From contig CBFFRP010000070.1 of NCBI GenBank assembly GCA_965644295.1, positions 6,570 to 70,569 of the forward strand: a stretch of DNA of 64,000 nt. The letters run 5' to 3'. Made by a program: the position numbers and the translations under genes. Every line of letters starts with the position of its first letter. The first letter of the stretch is position 1. This DNA comes from Paraphysomonas bandaiensis (Eukaryota > Protista > Chrysophyceae). The notes beneath the pieces are model-generated. The model was not told where the DNA came from. It saw nothing but the letters and a program-made list of their open reading frames with translations, and did not search any database. This document shows positions 32,419-43,827 of the stretch, in pieces.

Positions 32419-35400
32419 ATGTCAGTTAAAGTTACAAGTTACGACTCAACCGACTCGGATTCAACAACCGAAAAACAGAAAGACTCAATGCCAAAGTTCG
32501 ACGCGAAGAACTTCTTCTGCCGTGCATGGTTTTACAGAAAGCCCAAGATCGTTTATACCCTACAAAACGATCATCCAACTGAACCTGAAGAAGGAGAGAT
32601 TTCAGATGACGAAGATTATCAATATCGACTCGACCAGTATCACGAAACGAAACGATATTATGATGAAGGTAATAACTACCTATGGTCTGTCATTTCGAGC
32701 GCTGTCATTGGTCAGGATGAAGAGGCCGAAGGGATTTTGGAAAACGTCCCCGATGGAGACGGAAAAACCGCCTGGACCGATCTGCTAGCCCACTTCAAAG
32801 AAGAAACGACTAACGATGTAATCACCGATCTGATTGGCCAATTTCAGAGCCTAAAAATCAAAAAAGGTCAGTCAATAATCAATTTTCTTGACGCTATCGA
32901 AAAGCTCAAAAACAAGCTTATCAATTATGGTCATCGGATCAACGACCAAGACTTAATATCCCGAATACGACAGGGAATTGTTTCAGAAGATAACATGGTT
33001 TACCGAGAATTGGCAATTAATCTGCAGCTACATCCAATTGATGATTATAAAGTATTGATTCGCAGACTTCGCGGGTTAGGAAGCTCATCTGTTGGAACGC
33101 TCCTATCATCCAACAATGAAGACACAAAAACTGACAGTAGTCACCTCGCAGCATCAAAAACCCCATTTTCCCGCAGCAAAGTCAATTTTAAGCGAAAAAG
33201 GGGGACATCTTCCAAATATCGCTCCAATAAACAGAAACATGATAAGAGAACCGATAAAGACATTAAGTGTTTCAGATGCGGAGGAAAGGGGCACATTGCA
33301 TCGGAATGCAAGCACTCCTGGGAGAAGATTCAAGAGATGAAAAGCTCCTCCGACAACAAGTCATCAACAAGAGGAAAACCGAAATTCAAGAGAGTGAAAT
33401 TCCAGACTCAAAGTAACGAATATTTCCACGACCACTCTGATCAACTTGCAAATTATGAAGACAGTGGTCCATCGTCAGATTATCAAAAAGGACGAGACTA
33501 CGGAGGAGTTGCTTACACACCGAGCGATGAATCACACTTCGTTAGTGATCAAAAGGCAGGAATGGGATCTCTTGACTCGGGGTGCACAGTATCAATTACA
33601 TCAGAAGCAAGCTACCTTACGGACTACACTGATTGCCTCACCGAGATTCAAACAGCCAAATCAGGGTCTACAATGATATCCTCAGGTCATGGAAGACTTG
33701 GAATCATCCCCAACAAGTGCAAACACGTGGACCAAGCGTCTAGGACCCTCATTTCTATTAGCCAACTGGATGACCTCGGACATGAAATCATATTCAGAAA
33801 CCAGTCAGTGGAAATATTTAAAGACGGCATATTGCTATCGAAAGGCCAGCGCGTTGGAGGACTATACGAAATTCCACTATCAGACCTCGGTATTCCCACT
33901 GATGAATCTCACCTCGCATCAACTGCCTCAGGTCAACCTGCACTGTTAGCACATAAGAGACTAGCACATGCATCACTTGGACTCATACAGAAGGCAATAA
34001 AATCACGTCTAATAACTGGTGTCAAGATGACAAAGGAGGAGATGAGTGTTGCCTCTCTACCTGGCGGTTTATGCGATGGATGTGCGACTGGGAAATCACA
34101 TAGACGCAAGCACAGGAATGCCACCCGCCAAATGTTGTTGAAAAGAATGAGAAGGGCAAAGGAGCTGGGGGAGCTCATAGTAGCCGATTTCTCAGGACCA
34201 CATACACCCGATGCAATTATTACCGGAAATCGATATGTACTTGGGATCGCTGATGTAGCATCAAGGTACCAGTGGGACTCCTACGTAACAACGAGAGATG
34301 AAAATTTCGTTATCCAATCCATTCAGAAAGTCGTCACGTATCTACACGCAGTAGGGGTAAACAACTACAACATTACCACGCCGATGGAGGGAAGGAACTA
34401 GTCTCACGAAAAGTATTGGAATATCTCCAATACATTGGAGCAACATGGACTTTTAACGCTCCATATACGCCCGAGGACAACCCATTTCAAGAGCGACCAT
34501 GGAGAACCATCAAAGAACGAGCACTTAGTAGCTTGATGGATTCAGGTCTTCCAACGAATTTCTGGGAACAAGCCATGAAGACATCCACACACATGAAGAA
34601 CAGAGGCTACCTTCTTGCAAAACTGCTAAAGGATTCATGTCCCCACTCCAATTCATCGAAAACGAAATACCAGACTTGAGTTATGCCAGAATATGGGGAT
34701 GTAAATGCTTTGTGAATATCGATTCCAGTCTCCGAAAGAACAACTGGGACAGACATATAGCTGGCCTGGGTATTTTATGGGCTATCGAGAGGATGGTCCT
34801 GGATATATAGTCTTTGTTCCCGCATTAAGAGATTTTGTTATATCAGGACATGTATTTTTCAACGAATGCGTTCCACCAGCGGATAAGAGATATTTTAAAG
34901 AGATAAATGAGATCTTCAGAGAGAATGAGACCTCCAGGACAGTAGAAAGTTTCAAATATCTCATAGGTCTAGCTCATGTAGATCCAGACGATGGATTAAC
35001 ATATGTAACGACTCAAATAAAGCTCAGAAAAGGATTAATCGCAGCATATCGTGGTCTAGTGGACGACAGCGGTGACACTACACGAATCATCCAGCTCGAC
35101 GACCCCATTCATGCTGCAGACGTCGAAAAGTACACTGAAGAATACATAGAACTCAAAGCAATTGGTCTCAAATGTAATACGTCTCGATCGAAAACCCCAA
35201 TACATAAATCCAGCAAATCAGATCGAGACCCCGATACAGTTAATGGATCTCCAGCGCCAGCCGCTACTTCCAGGGGGAGTGGCGTGAATCTACGACATCA
35301 TGATGCCGTGCAGGAGAGAATCAGCAGCCATCGGGATGAACCTACCCACTCCGATGCAAAGATAGCGAAGACTCGCCCTTCGAAACAATTCAATGGGAAT

Positions 35401-38400
35401 CTAGTGCCGAATCCGGCACCACACGGTCAAGTGGATCGTGTGCGTCAGCGTGTGGCCAAACGCTGTAACAAGCCTGTTGATTCATCGGGAGATTCGGAAA
35501 ATCAGGTTACACCTGAAGGGCCAAGTAAGGTCCGTGCTACAGCAAAACAACAATTTTTAGCTGCTGGTAGAAAGAGTGTTCTCCGAAGCAGGAGAATGGC
35601 CAGGAAACGGGTAATTGTAAATATACACAAACTAGGTGATGGTGTATATACATGTGATGTAAATGCTAAACATGTAGTAAATCATATGGCACATGACACA
35701 CAATGTATATCAAAATTACATATACAAACAATATTGATATTGTTATGCATGCTATCAGTAATTGCGATGACATTGACGAGCTAACCGATACACCAAAGAG
35801 TGTTCAAGATGCTATTTCAGGTAAATATAAACAGCAGTGGATCGATGCTATCAATAGAGAAATATCCACCCTTCAGAGGAAAGGGTGCTGGAGATACACT
35901 GCGTTACCACCTGGAGCAAGAGCCATAAAGGGGAAACTCATATTCAAAATAAAAAGAAAACAGAATGATATCAAATTCAAGGCTCGACTAGTCGCACAGG
36001 GTTTTACTCAAATCCAAGGCATCGATTACAATGATACATACAGCCCCGTCGCAAAGGCTACATCACTACGTACAATTATTGCCCTTTCGACTATTATGAA
36101 ACTCAAATTGCACCAAATCGATTTCACAACTGCGTACATCAATGCTGACCTCGAAGAGGACATATACATGTATCCCCCTCCTGGCATGGACGTCCCTGAC
36201 GGAAAAGTCCTCAAACTGATGAAAAGCATCTATGGTCTAAAGCAAGCAGGTCTTAACTGGTATAAGTGCTGTACAAATTTTATGCTAGATATGGGTTTCA
36301 CCAGACTAATATCTGACCCGTGTATATTCAAAAAGCAGATTAATGGCAGGATTATGCTAATAGCCATGTATGTGGATGATATTATTATAGCATCTACATC
36401 CGACACTGATATCCAACAATTCAAAGACCATTTATCCAAAAAGTTCGAAATTACGGATCTCGGACTCCTAGATTATTACTTGGGCATCTCCATTCATCAA
36501 GATTTTGACAAAAATATCACGACTCTCAGTCAGGAGCAGTACGTCAGAAAGCTACTGGACAAATTCAACATGTCCAACAGTAAACCCATGTCAACACCTA
36601 TGTTACTGTCTTTCAACTATGATTTACATGAATACAATCATCTTTCAGAGTCAAATCAAAGTTATGTTCAGAATTTCCCCTACAAGGAGCTCATAGGTTC
36701 CCTAATGTATCTAGCTGTATGCACTCGACCGGATATCGCCTATGCAGTCAATACTCTTGCCAGATTTTCTGATATGCCTAATCTAACTACCTGTAAATTA
36801 CCAGAGAGAGGCAACAAAGACGAAGAGGGTAATGAGATGGGAAGCATCCTGCACCAGTTTAATTGCAATGAGGACTCCTTCACAGTTAACATTGGTGGTT
36901 ACAACCAAACATACTGCCGCAAGAAGTTCATTTCAGATGGTGGTTCTTCTGTAAAGTGTTTCTTGGATTTGGAAATGCTATCGATGATCCCTTTATTGTT
37001 CAATTACTATGTACTTTCAGCTGTACTTGGCAAAGACGGTTCATATGTTAACTATTCTCGCTGTTGGGTGAGTAAAAACTCTGATGGAAAACAATACGTT
37101 GTTCTCTGTTATCTTCGGACCAAATGTAACAAATGGCGCTGTGACAGTGTTCTGTATGATCCCACTGAAAGTGGAAAAATTTTTCTGCTTACAGGTTTAT
37201 CAAAAATGAAGCAGTACACTTTCCTTCCCGAAGTATCTCTCGACCATGACTGGGCGAAGTCAATTTTGGAAACCTATCTCCGCGACCCAAAGAACAAACT
37301 TGCATGGGACCCACAAGGAGATGTTCCGAACAAGGATGAGACGGGAAACTGGATTCTTGATGGCTGGGATCCTGTAGAAGAAGGGTTGAAAGCAGCATTT
37401 GATCTCAGCAGCAAGAAGAGGCTTAGAAAGCGAAAGGCCTCTGTTCGATTTGCGGATGAAAATTTCAGTTCTGGCACTGGCAAGAAACCGAGAAAAAAAG
37501 CAAACAAACCAAGTCAGCGTGCTGTTGCGGTACGTATATACAACTGAATTAATTTTGTTATAACTGACCATAAAATATCTTGTGTAATACAGAAGAAGGC
37601 TGTTAGTGCAGTTGCTGCAACGGAAAATGATGAGAGAGATCGTGGCGAAGATGATCCTGTTATTATTGTCAAGCCAGCAGAGCCAAAGCGTCAACATCAA
37701 GCAAGAAACACTCTTCCAAAGAAACCAGATATTCAAGAAGAATTGGAGGCCCAGAAACGGCGAACTGCTGAATTGGAGCAGTTGCTGATGAGTAAGACTC
37801 AGCCGACGAAAGCTTCTGCCCCTGCTGCTGTTGTGGGTGATAACTCTTTGTCTACGCAGACTACTGAAGTTCATCAGCGGACACCCTCTGCTGTAGGTCA
37901 CAGTTACGAAATGACTCAACCGCCAATTTCTCTTCATGCGATGAATGCGATTAGATATGTTGAAAATGTAAAATTTGCAGATGCATTGCGCATGGCAGAT
38001 CAGAATGCCTACTTGCAGCGGGAAAATATTATTTTGAGACAGTCAATGTTTGGTAGTGGCAATCAGTAAGTAGTAGTAGTGATGTAACGATTTCGTAGTG
38101 ACATAATCTTATTATAATATAATAAATGTTTAGAATTAGTCCAATTATCGTGTTATTTGCTAGTATACCAGACTTTCTCAAATATACCCTATATATATAG
38201 TACACATCACCTGGTCAAAGTACTTGACCAGGTTTTTACCTACCATCGACTTAATGCTGCGTTACATACATGTTCTTAGGTATCTCAAAGGCACTGCTAA
38301 GCAAGGATTGATATATTCTGGATCCCACATAACATTGTCAGGATACTGCGATAGCGATTGGGCACGGTGTCACCTCACTCGACGGTCCACTACAGCCTTT

Positions 38401-38790
38401 ACATTCTTCATAGGTAATTGTCTTATATCATGGCAATCTCGATTACAGACAACTGTGGCATTGCCATCTACTGAAGCTGAGTATATGGCTCTATCGTCAG
38501 CAGCTCAGGAAGCATTATGGCTACGCTCCTTATTATCATAAATTGGTTTCAAACTTCCATTCTCAACAACTATTTGGTGCGATAATAAAGGGGCAGTCCA
38601 ATTACGTTACAATCCTACTCATCATCGTCGTACGAAACATATTGCGATACGGTATCATTTCATTCGAGAAAATATTGCCGAAAACCAATTGACTGTTGAC
38701 CATATTCCCACCACGTCAATGTTAGCCGATCTTCTCACGAAACCACTAGAGGAGCAACTAATTTTCTTCAATTGCGAACTACATTGATGG
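32419..38790 (+). pseudogene. Copia-A gag-pol, broken by several frameshifts, a stop (38539) and a 1.45-kb insertion
   Basis: CFRCGGKGHIASEC knuckle, LDSGCT protease, HKRLAH..CDGC, YHADG integrase, KARLVAQG/YVDD RT, YCDSDW/EAEY RNase H, spread over different frames. Confidence 0.9.
36797..38251 (+). other. Unclassified 1455-bp insertion in Copia-A RT carrying a 5'-truncated spliced gene (exons 36797-37529, 37593-38069) and a 3' hairpin
   Basis: RT breaks at TTC and resumes as NAALH-VLRYLKGT. TAA on both sides. GT-AG intron 37530-37592 rejoins in frame. Hairpin at 38209-38233. Confidence 0.75.
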
Positions 38791-39100
38791 GGGGAGCTGG
38801 GTTCGACATCCCATCCAGCAGCAACAGGAAGCGATCAACAACCTCAGAGACACCTAAATCACAATTAACAAGCCACAAGCGACCTAGGTGGCTAGTTTGA
38901 GTTACACGGAGTTTTTACCATTTTTTTTTACTTTTATTCAATACATGATGCTGGACTAGAAGGATGGTCTCACAATATGGCATCTCTGCAGTTCGCTTAT
39001 TATTGACTAGTGACTGCTACTCTGGTTTTTACTCTCAGTGTGCATAAGTTCATATTCTCTCTATTATCTACGGTTCACTGATTATTTCATTGAGGGGGCG

Positions 39101-39362
39101 TATTAGGATTCAGCTTAATACATGATTGTATCTGTGAGCTATAATGTTCAATGAAATATACCATGAACTGAATTAGAGAGAGTATCTGTCTAAGATACGT
39201 GATCGTCATCATAACGTCGTCATTATCAGTTACACTTCTAACTATTCCGTTGTGCATGATAGTACGTTCTATATTGTTATTCATAATCTTTACTCTATCG
39301 TGTTCATTTCTTACACTCTAATAATCACAACATTGTTTTACTAATAAGCTTAAATCTTATTT
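39101..39362 (+). repeat. Copia-A 3' LTR (262 bp)
   Basis: Follows the PPT; followed by the AAGGC TSD. Confidence 0.92.
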
Positions 39363-41826
39363 AAGGCCACCAAAGCATCCTGGACATATGCTAAATACAT
39401 CGCTATATATAGACAAACTACTCGCGCAGGCCGCTAGGAAAATACTCCGTCTCCCCCATGGATATCCCACGGATCTTATCTACCTTCCCCCGAAATACAA
39501 AGGGCTTGGACTGCGCAAATTTTCAACCCATGCCCAGACTCAGAAATGGCATACACTTTATACAAATGCCTCGCCACCACAGCTCGTAAACAGCGCCAAT
39601 AAAATGGAAGCGCTCGCACCCCGAACGTAGAACACATGATCAAAGCAACTGGACCTACACTGACCACGGCATTTATATAGCTGACGCCGCCGCCAGCGGC
39701 GATTGGAAGACACTAGACAGAGTGCTCGGAGCCTCCAACTACAGTGTTGTCACAACTGACGCTACGCACATACTGGATGAATTCTTAACCACGGGTCAAT
39801 GGCACTGGCGAAGATACGATACACATCTCCTCACAGACCCGGTCCCATGCTAGGAGACGTCACAGATCTCCACCACCAGTGGGACCTCCATCAATACACC
39901 CTCCGACGAGATAGCATGTATGCTGCACAAACGCAGCGAGACCCGCAGTATTGGACACGCAGCGGAACAAGGCTCTCACACAAGCTCCATCCCCTCCGTA
40001 CCCATAACTTCTCCAAACACTACATACATCACCCTCGAAGAGCGTATACGCGAGACGGCATACGTATGGGACAAATCCTTCGCAATGGGAAGAAACCGAG
40101 CCAAAGGAAAATCTGGACATGATCGCACAACGGCTTTCACATGCACAGATTGTGCACACCCCACAGACAACATGGCGCACATGCTTCTCACCTGCACTCA
40201 CCCTCACATCATTCATATACGTGAAGATGTCCACCAAGCATACCACAATAAGCTTGACAAACTTCGCACACGCACGCTCCTCCATCCCTCTGGTTTTACA
40301 CCGCCATAACCAAACTAGCCAAAGCCGCATGGAACCCAACCACCCCCCAGGTTGAGCGCTACTGGACCGGCCACATTACTGCCACACAATTGGCCGACGC
40401 ATTCGGACGCCACATATCCAGCTCACTGCTCGAACATCAGTTCCACACCCTCGAAAAATCCATCGCCTCTATCCTACTCCCCCTATATGATGGAGGGCTC
40501 CGCATGCTTCGCAAAAGAGAATTCAGACACCACAACGCAGACACGGCACCGGCGACATCGGTTACGACACATTCACAGCAACGCCAGTCCCAGGATACTT
40601 ACCCGACACCAAAAATACTCCAGCTACTCCAGGCGACATCCACCCCAAGAACTACACTCTCTGCAAGAGTCCAGACCCGGCAGAGGCAAGCGCAACCACT
40701 CCGGAAACAACTCCTCCTTACTTGTGGCCGAAACCAAACCTCAACAACCAGCACCATCTCCACCACCGACTTACACTCTCATATACATCTCGCCTCATCC
40801 ACCCCTCACATAATCCATGGCACAGGCCCGCCAGACACATTGCCCAAAGGTAGACCCCCCGACTAACCTCAATACAAGGGACGGTTGCACCATGGTGCTC
40901 GCAGCGATGCACAAGCAGTCCCGAGACGGTTGCCCGCCACTAGTAGTATATAGCAAATCTAGTTATTACTGTAGTTAGTCTATAGATATAAACTAGTTTC
41001 TGTACACAACCGTTCTCATGTAATAATCAGACTTTCCTATATAAACTTGTCATGACTCGAATGAAGTAATTACTGTAAATATAATTTATTTCTACATATA
41101 AAGTATAGAGTATAATTACATATAGAGTATAATATATATATATATTAACTGCACATATCCGCATATTTAGACTTCAACAGAGAACTCAAAAATTAATGGT
41201 AATACCCGATAGACTGATATACCACCACAACCTCAATAGTAGAGTCATATACATCCTTCAAGAAGATCTTTCAACTGTACCAATGAGGTAAATTTGAGCT
41301 GTATCTTGCAACTCCCCCTTTTATTCTTCCTCCATAGAAACAATAAATATGAATAACTATATCTGCAGTATAGCACTACAGGTATAGTTTATATACCTCA
41401 TACCTGTGCTAAAGTGCGCAATGATATATATTTTGACATTGGTAGACCGAGACATTTCTTAGTAGTAGCATCATTTTTCTACTACCAATGATTTAATTCT
41501 CTTCTTATTGAAGAGTTTAGAACTTGAGATTAAATATTTTCGTCAACTTGCACCTAATTCTTCACGATTCTATATACCCAGCATCTTTTCGCTGAAAAAT
41601 AATTTAATTACAAGTCTGCCCACCTACTCACAAATATAATGACGTAAAATATCACTACGAAATCTACACTACCATTAACTGCATACCCATTATATTTAAT
41701 TCAGTCATATTCATTCTTACACGGCGTTAAAATATTGCGCATCGCTTCGTTTCAGTATTCAATACCTAGATGTTAATACGATCGGGTGGGTGGTGGTGGG
41801 CAGTGTGCAGCACTCTGGGCAGCGCC

Positions 41827-43108
41827 TTAATGCGCTTCCGTAACAGCAGCGGCAACATAGCTTACAGAGGAATCTCTCATTGAGGTTGCTGCTGAGGATT
41901 GGGAGTATTTTAATCCTCTATGTTAACGGATAAGATAAACATAAGTGGAAGTAATTTCGCGTTTTACCTCGTCTGAAATGACGTGTCGGACTGCTGAATG
42001 AGATCCAACATCAGCTTAATAGCATCTCTTCCGCATATAGTGTTCTTGGTGTTGTTGATGTAATCAACAAACCCCTTGACATCATGAGCTTCAATCAAAG
42101 CAACAGCGGACTTATCTAGCCACTCAATATATTCGTGAATGCGACCCTATAGACAAAGTATAACTATGTACATGCGGTAAATAATTTCCAACAAACCTTC
42201 TCGGGGTCATAGGGCTGGTAGTTAAATCTATGACCCCAGTGGCAAAAATCACTGCGAGCAGATTAAAGATAATCAACGCATAGTTTATTTCTATAGTGTA
42301 TCACGAAACATACCTGGATATGACGAATAGGTTGGTGGGGTCTTTGAAATATGGCATGAAGATCTGGGCGTAATCATGAGGACTTCTAGATATTAGACTA
42401 CCTAATCATCTTTCATCGTGAGACACATAGTCGATATAAACAAACAAGACATATCGTACAGGTATTGATCGGTACGACTGTAATCCCCTCCCTCCTCCCA
42501 AATATTTGGGCAATGTAAGGAAGCTGCATTTCCAGGCTATGCTCCTCTTCATCGTCACGTTTACTCATTACATCGAAAGCACCCGTACGAAGAAGGTCAC
42601 TATAGCCCGCATGACTTTCAGAAGAACAAATCAGATCAAACGCACCTCCTTACAGCCTCGTCCACTGTTAAGTTACCAACAGGGGTCTCCAGCACACTCG
42701 CTCCAGATATACAGAGGCGTTTAAGATAAACGTGATGAGAGGGACCAAAGATAAACACTCGACTATAAGGAAATGTCAACTATCACAACTACAGAAGACG
42801 ATCAGTCTGTCCTCTGCTGCCATGTACATGTATGTGTATATGTATGTGTGTGTGTATATGTATGTATGTGTGTGTATACTGTACCTGTATTTCTCCGGAT
42901 CGATCTGCTTATACGCATATGCGGCCGTCTCTCCTGCATAACTATACCCTGCATGAGGAACGACAAGTGCCTTAAGCCTCCCCCCCGTGTCTCTCTCTCC
43001 CGCCATCGTCAGCCAATTAGAGAGCTGAGAGCTCAGAGCTGTCTGTCGACCCTCATACCAGGAACCCGCATGAGAGGCCTCACGAGTATAGGGACGATGT
43101 GAGCGCAT
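41827..43108 (-). CDS. MEMO1: MEMO1 / AmmeMemoRadiSam protein B homologue, multi-exon
   Basis: REASHAGSWY, VPHAGYSYAG, EEHSLEMQLP, DFCHWG, NTICGR, DSSVSY motifs. Confidence 0.92.
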
Positions 43109-43370
43109 GTCTAATATGTCTTATAGTTATATGGGTAGATTATTCACTAGTTAATTATGCTGTAGTGTGTATATAGAGAGACAGAGGGGTCTTCATGTTC
43201 CGTTGAAAATTTTGTCCTAGAATAAAAGGGATTTTTTTAGTTTGTTGATAGTTGACACACATACCAGATAGAGGTTCAACAAAATCGTCCACTATAATAG
43301 GACAAAATTACAATTTTTTTGTAAGAAATTTCTGTCAGGATCAGAGAATAATATACATACAAATACTCTG

Positions 43371-43537
43371 CATACATACATACATACATACATACATACA
43401 TACATACATACATACATACATACATACATACATACATACATACATACATACATACATACATACATACATACATACATACATACATACATACATACATACA
43501 TACATACATACATACATACATACATACATACATACAT

Positions 43538-43570
<33 letters not shown>

Positions 43571-43717
43571 TACACACATACATACATACATACATACATA
43601 CATACATACATACATACATACATACATACATACATACATACATACATACATACATACATACATACATACATACATACATACATACATACATACATACATA
43701 CATACATACATACATAC
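43371..43717. repeat. (CATA)n microsatellite, ~345 bp, with one (CA)n interruption
   Basis: Directly visible. Confidence 0.99.
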
Positions 43718-43827
43718 ACACTCTCTCTATATATATGTATAGTACACATCCATTAACTCATAGTCTTAACTCCCAATCCATGCAACCCTCCATCCACTCT
43801 TAATCCCTTACACTCCTCTTCCACACC

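Larger units (their letters stand above)
32144..39362 (+). mobile_element. Ty1/copia element Copia-A, full length but disrupted
   Basis: LTRs 32144-32408 and 39101-39362; TSD AAGGC; PBS TGGTAGCGAG (32409); PPT TGAGGGGGCG (39091); gag-PR-IN-RT-RH order. Confidence 0.95.
32035..41051 (+). mobile_element. 5'-truncated, degenerate non-LTR retrotransposon (LINE-like), split by Copia-A (LINE parts 32035-32143 and 39363-41051)
   Basis: RT thumb-type motif ARKILRLPHGYPTDLIYLPPKYKGLGL; zinc finger CTDC...HMLLTC; C/A-rich coding strand; bracketed by a 44-bp exact direct repeat. Confidence 0.7.

Noticed and set aside
34360-35790. Programmed frameshifting in Copia-A
   Set aside because: Several scattered shifts plus a stop and an insertion point to decay or assembly indels
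43252-43803. ORFs of HTYI / MYVC repeats
   Set aside because: Translations of the (CATA)n microsatellite
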